Origin: Mobula hypostoma
Taxonomy: Eukaryota
Assembly: GCF_963921235.1 (NCBI RefSeq)
Contig: NC_086097.1
Coordinates: 206,586,001 to 206,650,000 of the forward strand
Length of the DNA stretch: 64,000 nucleotides
Reading direction: 5' to 3'
Shown here: one piece after another, positions 34,917 through 48,405 of the stretch
How the letters are laid out: every line of letters begins with the position of its first letter
Position numbering within the stretch: the stretch's first letter is position 1
Translations under genes and position numbers: made by a program
Notes under the pieces: model-generated
Told to the model about the DNA's origin: nothing
The model's database searches: none
Seen by the model: only the letters and a program-made list of their open reading frames with translations

Positions 34917-37900
34917 GTAGAACATAGAATATTGAACAGCCAAACCAATTAAATTAATAATTTAATAGCTAACTAATCTCTTCTGTCTACACAATGCTTA
35001 TATCTTTCCATTTTCCTCACATTCATGTACCTATCTCAACACCTCTTAGAATTCTCTAATGTTTCTGTCTCAATCACCACACTATTCCAGGCACCCACAA
35101 CTCTGTATCTGAAAATTCTTGCCTCTCACATCTCCTTTCTCACCTTAACTACATGCCCTCTAGTATTAGACATTTCAACCCCCGGAAAAAGATATTGACT
35201 GTCAACTCTATCTATGACTTCTCATAATCTTATAAACCTCCATCAGATCTTCCCTCAGCTCTGCTACTCCAATTAAAACAACCCAAGTTTGTCCAAACTC
35301 TCATCATAGCACATGCCCTCTAATCCAGGCAACATCCTGGTAAACCCCTCCTGCATCCATTCCAAAGCCTTGACAACCTTCCTATAATGGAGCCAGACCT
35401 GCATGCAATACTCCAGATGTGACTAACTAAAACTTTATAAAGCTACAACATAATTTCCTGACTTTTGAATGCAAAGCCTCAACCATTAAAGGCAAGAATT
35501 CTATAATCCCTTTTTAACCACCCTATCAAGCTGTGTTGCCATGTTCAGGAAACTATAAACTTGGATTCCAAGATCCCTCTGCTCATCAACACCGTTAGAT
35601 ATTCTTCCCTGATAGTGTACTGTCTCTTTGCATTGACTTCCCAAGGTGCAATGCTGCACAATTGACTGGCTTAAATTCCATCCACCACTTCTCTGCCCAT
35701 ATCTGCAACTGATCTATATCCCATTGAACTCAAGGATCTACACTATCCATAAATCTACCAACATTTGGTTCATCTGCAACCTTACTAACCCATCATCCAC
35801 ATTTTCATCCTGGCCATTTATATACCTGTATATCACAAACAGGTGAGAGCCCATGACAGATCCCTGCAGAACACTACTAATGACAGAACTCCAGATAGAA
35901 TAACTCCTTTCGACCACTACCCTCTGCTTTATAGGCAGGCCGGTTCTGAATCCAAATGGCCAATTCACTGTGGATCCCATGGATCTTAATCTTATGTACA
36001 AGCCTCCCATGACGAACCTTGTCAAAAGCCTTACTAAAATCCATGTAAAAAATATCCACAGCTCTGTTGACATAAATCACCCTCATCACCTTGTCAAAAA
36101 CCTCAATCAAGCTAGTGAGACAAGACTTGCTCTGCACAAAGCCATGCTGGCTCTCCCTAATTAGGCTATGGTCTTCCAAATGCTCATAAGTCCTATTCCT
36201 AAGAATTACTTCCAGTAACTTCCCTACCACTGACGTGAGACTCACCAGTCTGTAGTTTCCAGGATTATCCCTTGTTCCCTTCTTGAATAATGTAACAACA
36301 TTAGGTACTCACCGGTTCTCCAGAACCTTGCCTGTTGCTAGAGAGGACATGAAGGTACTAGTTAAGAACCTAGCAATCTCTTCTCTTTCCTCTCTCAATA
36401 ACCTGGAATATATATCCCATAAGGCCCTGGGGACTTACCTATCTTAATGCTCTTTAGGAAGCCCAACACTACCTTTACCTCAAAAAGCCCTGGCATATCA
36501 GTACATTCAGCACTGATCTCCCTATCCTCCACATCCTTCTCCTTGGTAAATAATGATGTAAAGTACTCATTAAGAACTTCACCCATTTCCTTTGCATCCA
36601 AGCAGGTGTTCCCTCTTTATCCATGAGTGCTCCTAAGGTCTCCCTAGTTGTCCTCTTACTTTTGATATATGTGTAGAATGACCTGGGATTCTCTTTGATC
36701 CTTGTCGAGAACTTTTCATGGCCCCTTCTAGCTTTCCTAATTCCTTTCTTGACTTCTTTATAATCATTAAGGGCTCCATTCGATTCCAGTTCTTTTCCTT
36801 TCTTTTTGACTAAATTCATCAGCTCTGTCAATATGTAAGGTTCTCTTACCTTGCCATCCTTGTCCTTCCTTCTCACTGGAAAATTACTGTCCTGTACTCT
36901 GTGCAGATGGTCTTTAAACACCCTCCACATGTCAGATGTGAACTTGCCCAAAAACTGCCGTTCTCAATTAGCTCTCCCTAGTTCCTGCCTAATGCTCACA
37001 GAATTTGTCCTACTCAACTTTAATACTCTCCCGCAAGGCCCATCGTTATCTTCATCTACAGCTATCTTAATATTTAAGGAGTTGTGGTCACTGTTCCCTA
37101 ACTGCTCACCCATTGAAAGATTAGTCACCTGGCCAGGCTCATTATCCCACATAAGGTCCAGTACAACACGCACAACACGTGGGAGGAGCTCAGCAGGTTG
37201 GGCAGCATCCATGGAAACGAACAGTCAACGTTTTGGGCTGAGACGGACCCCAGCATCTGCAGAGTATTTTGTGTTCAAGGTTCAGTACAACTCTTCCTCT
37301 TGTTGGACTGCCTAGATATTGATTTAAGAAACCCTCCTGGACACAACGAACAAACTCTACCCCATCTAAACCTCTTGAACGCAGAAGGACCTAGTTTATA
37401 TTGTATTAGGGAAGTTGAAGCCCCCATGACAAAAACCCTATTGTTTTTACACCTCTCCTTGAACAGCCTGCATATGTATTCTTCAATTTCTTGGTGGGTT
37501 TTGGGGGAGTCTGTAGTGCAATCCCATCAGAGTGATTGCACCTTTCCTATTTTTGAGTTCTACCCATACAGACTCAGTGGATGAGCCCCCCATTATGTCC
37601 CCTCTGCATGCAGCTGTGATATTGTCCCTGATTAGTAGTGGAACTCCACCATCCCTCACCACCCCCTCCAACTTTTTACCTCCCTCTCAATCCTATCTTT
37701 TCCAAAACATCAAAATCCTGGAACATTAAGCGCCCATTTTCAGCCAAGTCTCTGTAATGACCACAACATCATAGTTCCATGTATGGATGCAGGCTGTAAG
37801 TTCATCACCTTTACCAATAGCACTACGAGCATTAAACTACACACACTTCAAAATATCCACCCCATTGTATCTATTAGTTTGCTCCTGCCTGTTTTACCTG

Positions 37901-38900
37901 ACCAGATATCTACCTTCCTCTCCATCCCTCCACTTTCTGAGGAAAAGGTACCACTACCCTTGCCAAACTAGTTTAATCCCTCCTGAGTAACACTAGTGAA
38001 CCTCCTGTTTAGTTCACCCCCCATTTAGGTGCAGCCCATCCCTCTTCTACAGGTCACCCTGCCCCAGAAAGGGTTCCAATTATCCAGCAACCTGAAACCC
38101 TGTCCTCAGTCATTCATTCATCTGTACTATCATCCTATTCCTACCCTCACCCGCACATGGCACTGGGAATAATCCAGAAATGACTACCTTGAAAGTCCTG
38201 CTCCAGCCTCTTCCCCAACTCCCTATACTCACCATGTAGGACCTCATTCCCCCTTTCCACCTTTGTCATTGGTGCCAATGTAGACTCGCCCTCTGGCTGT
38301 TCACCATCACTCTTGACCACAGCTGCTGCTCTGAGACACCCTTCACCCTAGCACCAGGGAGGCATCACATCATCCTGGTGTCTCTTTCTCAGCCCCAGAA
38401 TCTCCTGTCCATCTCCCTAACTATCAAGTGTCATATTACTATTGCTCTACCAGACTTTAATAATGAATGGCTGAGGAGCTGCTGAGCCTCAGAGCTGGCC
38501 CCAGTGGCACTGGCATGGCTGTTGCTGCTGTGCCCTAATCGGTCATTGCACCAGCAGTATACAAAGGGGTACACTTGTTGCTGAAGAGATTGGCTACAGA
38601 AGAATCCTCACTGACTGCTTACTCATCCTGCTGGTCTCCCATCGACTATCAGAAGCCTGCACCCTGGGTTTGACCACCTCAGTAAAAGTCTCATCTGTGA
38701 GGCTTTCAGCCTCCCAGATGGCCCTGAGTGCATCCAGCTCCACTTCCAGTTCCTTGACCTTGTCAGTCAGGAGCTGAAGTTGGGTGCACTTCCTGCAGGT
38801 GTCGTCTTCAGGGAGACCATTCGGTACTCTACAATCACATATTTTACAGGAGCAGCATTCCACTGCTTAACTACCATCCTGCCTACACTTGGCTCTAGAG
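34917..38900 (-). mobile_element. Near full-length, decayed CR1 LINE (ORF1 zinc finger and SGNH; ORF2 APE+RT)
   Basis: ORF1 peptide ECCSCKIC...TCRKCTQLQLLTDKVKELEVELD. ORF2 peptides ESVWVELKNRKG, LGNSDHNSL, SLTSVVGKLLE and YMDFSKAFDKVRH. Confidence 0.9.
37168..37276. mobile_element. 109-bp Penelope pLTR mini-insertion inside CR1
   Basis: TSD AAGGT(C/T)CAGTACAAC at 37153-37167 and 37277-37291. Contains pLTR pieces in both orientations. Confidence 0.82.
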
Positions 38901-40424
38901 CAAGCCAATTTAAATCCATGGCGATTTCAATTATTTAAGGCATAAGAATGATTTGGGCATTTGCAGCCACTTTCGCACATGGTATCTTAAATTTTATACA
39001 TACTATACTTATAGTGTTTGTAAAATTAGTAGTCATAGTTATTATGCATTTGTAGTCCTTGCCACAGATGGAAGGTTAAAATCAATGAAGTCTCCATTTA
39101 GCATTGCTCATTGATACATGCTGGCATTAAACTAGCTGTTGTCATCAGCTCAAATTCCAAAACCGCTTGAAGCTAGCTGCTGCATATTTTAACTAAATTC
39201 CTGAAGACCACATTTTTCTCAATTAAAAATAGGGATTTCTGGAAGAATGTGGCTTCATAGAATTCGTCTCTCAAAGCCATAGTAAGAAAACTTAACTTTG
39301 AGGCTTAAAAAAAAATCCTACAGTGCACACTGACAAAATTACTGTTCAGAAATTTTTTCAAGAATAATTGAGGTTGTTTCTACTATATTGAGTTTAACTT
39401 CATGCAGAGAGGACTTAAAATTAACAAACATTATTGATATGTAACTACTCTGTACAACAGTGCATACAATTGTGTTAGCATATTTATACGAAGTCCCTCT
39501 TGCCTAGACGTTAACAAAGCTGTTAAGCCATTTAAATTGCAGTGTGCCACTGTTGCACAGAGCAATTTTAACCCATGTAAGTATACGATAACGAGGGAGA
39601 ATCATACATATATCATTAAAATGGCAATGTGTGGTATTTAATTTAGATATTTACTGTTTGTGGGACTGCGGTTGCCATACATTAAGGAAAGTAAGCAATA
39701 TGGGATCAGCATATGAAAGTGACACAAAGCTAAAGGGTCAGCCATGATCTTCTTGGATCGTAGAGCAGGGATGTGGTGCAAATGGGTTCTTCCTACTTCT
39801 ACCTTATATGATCTTATGATATTCAATAATGTGATGTGAGGTTTTATATTCAGTGCAAATAATTATGTCAGTGGAAATGCACGTCTAAACGTTCGATCCA
39901 TGTCTTTACTGTCTGGGTTGTGCAGAAGCTTGGATATCACTGAGTATACATAGTAATAGCTATTGATACTTAGCAAATGATTGACAATGCATTGTGCAGA
40001 ACCTTACCGTGGATGTGAGGCTTGTAGGCCATGAATCTTAAACAAAATTCTAACAGCTACTTAAAAAACTCTGTGGGCATCTGCCTAGGAGTACAAGATA
40101 TACAACACAGCATATCTAGTTGGTGCACCTGGTGTACATGTGGTTACTTGGGAGGCTGGAGGTCTCCCAAAATTCCCACATCTCACACAAAGAATACAGT
40201 ACTGCCCCAGATCCAGTCTCACTGCACTAACTATGCATTAAAGAGGAAGAATAAAGATGATACTTACCTCACCCAAGCCTGTTGAGCCAAAGCCTCCCTG
40301 CTCTAACACTGGTCCTGTCCAACAATGGCTGCTCTACTTGTCCCTACCTTATTTTTGTTTGCCTTGCTAACAAACTGCAATACCATTGGGCTGCCAGAAA
40401 AAGCTGAAAGTCGATCTATACAGT

Positions 40425-40805
40425 CTTATTCTGCATAGTCCCATCGACCCACATCTAGACCATAGTCCTCCATGCTCCTCCCATTCACATACTTATCCAA
40501 ACTTCTCTTAAATGTTGAAATCGAACCTGTATTAACTACTTTCACTGGCAGCTCATTCCACACTCTCACCGCCATCTGAAGTTCCCCTTCATGTTTCCCC
40601 TTAAACATTTCTTCTTTCGCCCTTAGCCCATGACCTTTAGTTCTTGTCTTTGCCCAGCTTCAGTGGAAAAAGCCTACTTGCATTTACCCTATCTATACCT
40701 TTCATAATTTTGTATATATCTATCAAATCTCCCCTCATTCTCCTATGCTCAAGGGAATAAATTCCTAATCTGTTCAATCTTTCCCTACAGTTTAGGTCCT
40801 TGTAA
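40425..40805 (-). mobile_element. CR1 3' end fragment
   Basis: Peptide VRVWNELPVKVVNTGSISTFKRSLDKYV. Confidence 0.8.
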
Positions 40806-41189
40806 ACTTTATTGGATACACGAGGTATAGTTCAGAACCTTTGTTAATTTGGGTAGCTCTGAGATTGGAGTGGAAGATACAAACTGTCATGTGTTAGTTT
40901 CATTCACTTCTTACTAGAAAGTATTCCTTTCAAATACACTAAGGAGTTTTTGAACATCCAAAACTAAAATTTTGTAAATTGACTTTTCCTTTTTTCCTTG
41001 AATTTATGATTTAGTGTGCACACCCCTAAGATTTTCTGAATGCCTGCTATTTCTTTATCTTTAATTTAACAAATTTGTACATATTCCTGTACATTTGATT
41101 TCACAGACTTCCCTTTCCCAACATCTTCTTCCACTAAGGCAGTCTCTTCAGATTAAGGATATCTTGTGATGATATTACAGCTTGGGGCA

Positions 41190-41436
41190 TCATTGTTCAG
41201 AGTTTAATACTGGCTCCATCTGTAAGGAGTCTCTATACGCCCTCCCCATGGAACGCGTGGGTTTTCCCCAGGTGCTCGGGTTTCCTCCCACAGTTTAACA
41301 ACGTACCTGGTGGGCTAATCAGTCATTGTAAATAGCCCTGTGATTAGGTCAGAGTTAAATCGGAGTTGACGGGGGCTGCTGAGCAGTACATCTTGAAGGG
41401 CCTACTCTACATGTACAGCTAAATAAATAAATAAAT
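41190..41436 (+). mobile_element. V-SINE-like (HE1-type) element
   Basis: V-domain gcgtgggttttccccaggtgctcgggtttcctcccacag, CR1-like tail gaagggcct and a (AAAT)n end. Confidence 0.8.
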
Positions 41437-42909
41437 ATTCCCATTCCAATTCTGTAGATCTTAATATCTAATAAGTGATTAAACTCAAAATTAGACTGTA
41501 GCAAGCAGATGGGCATATTTGACAAAAAAGGTGCCAGAAAGGTTTGGGTGTTGATGCATACTTTCCACTCTTTATACTGTCTTTTGTTAAGTAAAACCAA
41601 ATGGATATGAGGTTTTTATTTCTATCCTCAATTTTATTCTTTCTTCATTTTGAACTGTCGTGGGCCAGAGATTTCTATTTGCCATTGGTGGTGTCACAAT
41701 TTTTCAAAGAACTACCAGAACTTCTCCATCTATCATGACCTCGTTCGCTCTTAGAAAGGACTGTTTTTGGAAAACAAAATGACCTATCACTACTTAATTA
41801 AATGATCGTTGATTCATAAAGGTAGTTTTTACTCTGTCTCCTACATTCTCATAGCAAACGAAGTATTCAAATAAAATTAAAAGGAAAGATAAGTACTTTC
41901 TATTTAATATTTCTATGTTTTTTCCTTCTTTATTCCTAAAAACAGCATCCAGGGGAAAAATACAGGCAACCTCAATAATATGGCTATTCAGGCTACAGAA
42001 ATTTGTCGATAAAGAATTTACAAATCATTTTTAAAAAATTCACTTCTGTGGAATTTACGTGGAAAAGAAGCAAATCCATCAGTGCAACTTTTTCTCAACT
42101 TGCATTTCTTGGCAGATCTGTAGATAATGCAGCTTCACGTTATAGGAAATTACAACACAGCCAGTTTCCTAGGAACACAGCACTCCCATAGCACTGGGGT
42201 CGTCTGTATTTGTCAGCCATTGATGACTGGCAAAGTTAGTTCCTTTTGTGGAGCTACTGAACATTGTCAATATAACTTGAGGTTTGTTGAAATGGGAAGG
42301 CAGGCAGTAAACAAAAAGATGTAACTCCAGCTCTTCCAGGTTGGTAGCAGATGAAAAGGAATCATTCCTTCATTGGAAAACATTTAGAGGAAAGTGATAA
42401 AGTGGAGATGTGGACAGATAGAAGATAGTGGAAGAGAGGTATTCTGGTGACTGATACACAAAAAGAACCATCAATAAGACACCAACCATAAAATATATCA
42501 CTCATATAGTGAGCCCTTTTAATAACTCAGCAGCACTGAAAAGATGAAGAAAATATGTGAAATTATATAATCTCTTTCATATCGTCAGGATGTCTCAACA
42601 TATTTCACAGGCAATTCTATAACAGATATTTGTAGTACAGTATCTTTTGCCATTTTGGAAGTCTGGCATACAGTTAAAATGATACCAATGTTTAAAGTTC
42701 AAAGTAAATTTATTATCACAATACATATATGTCACCCACATACAACACTGAGATTCATTTACTTGCGAGCTTACTGAATACATCCAATAACTATAATAGA
42801 ATCAATGTAAGACTGCATCAACTGGGCCGGCAACCAGTGTGTAAAAGACAATAAACTGTGTAAATACAAAAAGAAAGAAATAATAATAACAATAAGAAGA
42901 AGAACAACA

Positions 42910-45530
42910 TTAGAACATAAGAAATAGGAGCAGGAGTAGGCCATCTGGCCTGCCGAATCTGCTCTGCCGTTCAATAAGGTCATGGCTGAGCTGGCAATGG
43001 ACTCATCTCTGCCCATCTGCCTTTTCCCCACAACCCTTAATACCCCTACTATAAAAAATCTATCCAACTTTGTCTTAAATATATCTACTGAGATAGATTC
43101 CTTTGCTTCATTGGACAGAGAATTCCACAGGCTCACAATTCTCTGGGAAAAGCAGTTCCTCCTCATCTCCATCCTACATCTACTCCCCTGAATATTGAGG
43201 CTATGCCCCTAGTTCTAGACTCACCTAACAGTGGAAACAACTTTCCTGCCTCTATCTTATCTATCCCTTTCATAAGATCTCCTTTCATTCTTCTGAATTC
43301 CAGCGAGTACAGACCCAGGCGATTCAATCTCTCCTCATAGTCTAACCCCCTCATCTCTGGAATCAACTTAGTGAACCTCTTCTTCACTGCCTGTAAAGCC
43401 AGTTTATCCTTCCTCAAGTAAGGAGACCAGAACTGCACACAGTACTCCAGGTGTGGCCTCATCAGTACCCCGTATGGCCTCATCAGTACCCTGTATGGTT
43501 GCAGCATAACCTCCCTGCTCTTACATTCGATCCCTCTAGCAATGAAGACCAACATTCCATTTGCCTTCTTGATAGCCTGCTGCACCTACAAACCAACCTT
43601 TTGTGAATCATGCACAAGCACTCCCAAGTCCCTCTGCACAGCAGCATGCTGCAATTTTTTTTTACCATTTAAATAATAATCTGATCTACCATTTTTCCTT
43701 CCAAAGTGGATGACCTTGCATTTACCAATATTGTACTCCATCTGCCAGATTCTTACCCACCTACTGAACCTATCTATATCTCTCTGCAGACTCTCCGTAT
43801 CTTCTGTACAATTTGCTTTTCCACTCAATTTAGTATCATCAGCAAACTTAGACAAACTCTGCTCTTCCAGATCATTAATGTATATCATGAACAGTTGTGG
43901 GCCCAGCACTGACCCCTGTGGCACACTGCTGACCGCTGATTGCCAACTAGAGTAAACTTTCTGCTTTCTTTTATTAAACAATTCTCTATCCATGCTAATA
44001 CATCACCCCAACTCTATGCATCCTTATCTTATAGATATATCTTTTATGTGGCATCTTATTGAACGCCTTCTGGAAATCCAAGTAAATAATGTCCATCTGT
44101 TCCCTTCTATCCACTGTGCTCATTATATCTTCAAAGAACTCTGGTAAGTTTTTCAAACAGGACTTGCCTTTCCTGAATCTATGCTGCATCTTCCTGATGA
44201 AGCCATTTCTTTCCAGATGCCTCACTATTTCTTCTCTATTGATAACTTCAAGCATTTTCCCAACTACGGATAATAACTAACTGGTGTATAGTTACCTGCC
44301 TTCTGCCTACATCCTTTCTTGAACAGTAGACAATAGACAATAGACAATAGGTGCAGGAGTAGGCCATTCGGCCCTTCGAGCCAGCACTGCCATTCACTGT
44401 GATCATGGCTAATCATCCACAATCAGTATCCAGTTCCTGCCCTATCCCCACAACCTTTGATTCCACTATCTTTAAGAACTCTATCTATCTCTTTCTTGAA
44501 AGCATCTGGAGACTTGGCCTCCACAGCCTTCTGGGGCAGAGCATTCCATATATCCACCACTCTCTGGGTGAAAAAGTTTTTCCTCAGCTCCATTCTAAAT
44601 GGCCTACCCCTAATTCTTAAACTGTGACCGCTGGTTCTGGACTCACCCATCAGCAGGAACATGCTTCCTGCCTCCAGTTTGTCCAATCCCTTAATAATCT
44701 TATATGTTTCAATAAGATCCCCTCTCAGCCTTCTAAATTCCAGAGTGTACAAGCCCAGTCGCTCCAATCTTTCAACATATGACAGTCCTGCCATCCTGGG
44801 AATTAACCTTGTGAACCTACGCTGCACTCCCTCAATAGCAAGAATGTCCTTCCTCAAATTTGGAGACCAAAACTGCACACAGTACTCCAGGTGTGGTCTC
44901 ATCAGGGCCCTGTACAGCTGCAGAAGGACCTCTTAACTCTTATACTCAATTACCCTTGTTATGAAGGCCAGCATGCCATTAGCTTTCTTCACAGCCTTCT
45001 GTACTTGCATGCTTGCATTCAGTGACTGATGCAAAAGAACACCTAGATCTCGTTGTACTTCCCCTTTTCCTAACTTGACTCCATTTAGATAATAATCTGC
45101 CTTCCTGTTCTTACCACCAAAGTGGATAACCTCACATTTATCCACATTAAACTGCATCTGCCATGCATCTGCCCACTCACCCAGCCTGTCCAAGTCACTC
45201 TGCATTCTCATAACATCCTCCTCACATTTCACACTGCCACCCAGCTTTGTGTCATCAGCAAATTTGCTAATGTTACTTTTAATTCCCGCATCTAAATTAT
45301 TAATATATATTGTAAACAGCTGCGGTCCCAGCACTGAACCCTGCGGTACCCCACTGGTCACCGCCTGCCATTCCGAAAGGGACCCATTAATCGCTACTCT
45401 TTGTTTTCTGTCAGCCAGCCAATATTCAATGGCGTGACATTCGCTGTCTTTCAATCTGTTGGGACCTGCTCAGAGTTCAAAGAGTTTTGGTAAATTATCA
45501 CCAAAGCCTCTACTATAACTTCTGCCATTT
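42910..45530 (-). mobile_element. Older CR1 (42910-44327 and 45431-45530) interrupted by a younger CR1
   Basis: Peptides YLDFQKAFNKMPH, VPQGSVLGPQLF, KFADDTKL and RPHLEYCVQFWSP. The sequence rejoins as ...gaacagt|ggcgtgacatt. Confidence 0.88.
44328..45430 (-). mobile_element. Young 5'-truncated CR1 LINE
   Basis: Highly similar to the C-terminal half of the 19804-22605 ORF2. (CTATTGT)3 tail. Confidence 0.92.
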
Positions 45531-46045
45531 TATAAAATAATAAACATCATTTACCATAACCTTGATTTAAAATACAAACTCATAAGACACCATACCTTAT
45601 TATAAATACAAGCCTGAACCAGTTTTAGAATCAAAGTCCTACAAATTATATTATGACCAATCCATTATTACAGATAGGACAATCTATAATAACTGTCCAG
45701 ATACAATATTACAGGATAATAGATATAGCCATTCTAAACACGTATAACTTACAGAAGTCAATAATATACTCAAACACAAATATACTCAAATAAAATAGGA
45801 AACTGAAAGACTTTGGAACATGAACAGAGTATACAATATCCCAATAGTAATATCTACAACTGGTATCGTCCCAAGGCACTACACAATAGCATTAAACAAT
45901 CAGGGTTATACAGTAATATCTATGTAAATCTTCAGAAGGCCACAATACTAAACACCGCTAGAATAGTCCTTAAGTTTCCAGCAACTGACAAATGAGCATG
46001 CTTGGCTACGCCTGCACCTCAGATTTTACTAGCTTGAGCTGAGAA
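45531..46045 (+). mobile_element. R4/Dong-like retrotransposon 3' fragment (RLE domain)
   Basis: IITDRTIYNNCPDTILQD, an RLE PD..D motif. Homologous to 47935-48405 with the same 3' end agcttgagctgaga. Confidence 0.8.
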
Positions 46046-46059
46046 AAAATAAAAATAAT

Positions 46060-48405
46060 GAAAAGAAGGTTTATACAGGACATTGAAACTAAATTTGATG
46101 CACCAAATTGTCACCAAACCCAGTCAGAATTTCCAAAAACATGGAGATAATGAACTTTTGGTCTAATATCTGGTCAAACAGGGTGACACACACAATCACA
46201 AAGCAAGCTGGATCCACACAATGCAAGCACTTGAAGTTATAATGGATATGCTGAAAGCTGTTATAAAAAATACCCACAACTGGAAAAGTACTGACTGTGA
46301 TAATATTCATAATTATTGGTATAAGAACATTTACTTGCCTTCAACAGTTTTCTTAAAAGTCCTGAAAAAACGTCTGGATTTTTGACAGAAGGCAAAACAT
46401 ATCTTTTACCTGAAGGAGAAATCACAAAAGATCCATCAAAATATTGTCCTAATACTTGTTTACAATCTATATATAATATTGTAACATAATGCATCTCACA
46501 ACAAATCACCACTCACTTAGATAACCACAATGTACTTAGAGGAGAGCAGAAAAAATGCAAAGAGCAATTGATAATAGATTCTGCCATTCTTAATCAAATC
46601 TGGCAGAAAAGCAGAACTTTTTCTTGTTGTTATATTGACTACCATAAAACATTTGATTTTGTCTGACACTCATGATTAACTGAAGTTCTTAATTTTTATA
46701 AACTACACCCCATACTTGTGAAATTCCTACATCTGATGAAGCATTGGCATACTATAATCATCCTACCTATTAACAACCAGTATAGAACAACCACCGTTAT
46801 CAAAATAAACTGAGGCATTCTCCAGAATGAATCTCTAAGCCCATTATGATTTTGCTTAGCTTGAAACTCATTCTCTAATTTACTTAATCAGACAAAAATT
46901 GGGTATCAAATCAGAAACAATCAAACAACACCCTTTATATACATGGATGATTTGAAATTATACGCTCCTTCATTAGTAAAGCTAAAGCAATTAATTTAAA
47001 TAGTAGGACTATTTTCTAAAAATATAAACATGAACTTTAGACTAGCTAAGTACACAAAGGAAGTGCAATAGGACTGGTAGAATATAAAAAAGAGCAGCAG
47101 GATACAATACAACTGATGGGTGAATATGAAACATACAAGTAATTGGGACATCAACAAGCAAAGGAAGTAGACTGTAGTGTAATAAAGAGAAAACCTTTGA
47201 TAAAATTTACTTCAGGGCTTTAAAAAATCTGCCAAACTGAGCCCAATAGTAAAAATATAACAAGGCAATAAATACTTTTACTATACTCATATTAACATAT
47301 TCTTTTGGCATAATATCTTGGTCTGAAAACAATCTGGAAATTTTACAAAGAAAAATAAGGACTCAAATGACAAATTTTAGAAAACTCTCTGTATACTCGA
47401 ACACATTTTGATTAATACTACCTCAGACAGAAGGAGGAAGAGAATAATAGACATAAAAAATTTAAACAACAGTCAGATAAAACTTCTAAGGATATACTTT
47501 CATCAATGAAAACAGGATTCAGCACTCCATGCAAACATATGCAATTCTGATAAGAAGTATACACCACTAAACTCAAATGAAAGCACAACCCAGAAAAATG
47601 AAGAAATTATCACTATGGAAGAAAAAGTTAATCAATGGAAGAGCATGACCCTCCATGGAAGATACTGCCCCTATCTGAGCTGATGATAAAGGAGCCTTAG
47701 AAGCCTGGCTCAGAATTGGAGATCACTTCCCAGAAACAGATGGGTTTCTTGTGGCTATACAGGAACTTGTTGTTAATGCAAAAAATTATCAGAAGTACAT
47801 AAAAAAGACAACAAATTCAGACTATAAATGCAGAAAATGCAAAGAGAAGCTGAAAACAATCCAACATTTTACAGAATCCTGCATCAGTTTAACTCGATCT
47901 GATACAATCAAGTGGCAAACACGATTCACCAAAATCTTGCTTTAAAATACAAACTCATAAAAAATCCCATACATTACCATAAATACAAGCCTGATCTAGT
48001 TTTAGAGTCAGAATCCTACAAATTATTTTATAACTGATCCATTATTAAAGATAGCACAATCCATAATAACTGTCTGGATATAATATTACAGGATAAACAA
48101 GCAAGGACAACTTACTTAGTAGATATAGTCATTCCAAACGCACACAATTTACAGAGATCAATAAGTGAAAAACACCAGAAATATGCAGATTTAAAAGAGG
48201 AAATTGAAAGACTATGGAACATGAACCGGGTATATCTACAACTGTATTCATCCTGAAGTCACTACACAATAGCATCTAACAAAGCAATATTTATGTAAAT
48301 CTCCAGAAAGCCACAATACTAAGTAGTACTACAATAATCCAAAAGATCCCCACAATTATGAAATAAATCTGCCTGTATTTCAGGTTTTATCAGCTTGAGC
48401 TGAGA
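46060..48405 (+). mobile_element. R4/Dong-like non-LTR retrotransposon, 5'-truncated and decayed (RT, CCHC, RLE)
   Basis: Peptides FLTEGKTYLLP..TKDPSKY and YMDDLKLYA; GFLVAIQE..CRKCKEKLKTIQHFTESC (CCHC); NCLDIILQDK..TYLVDIVIP..EKHQKYADL (RLE). Confidence 0.85.
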
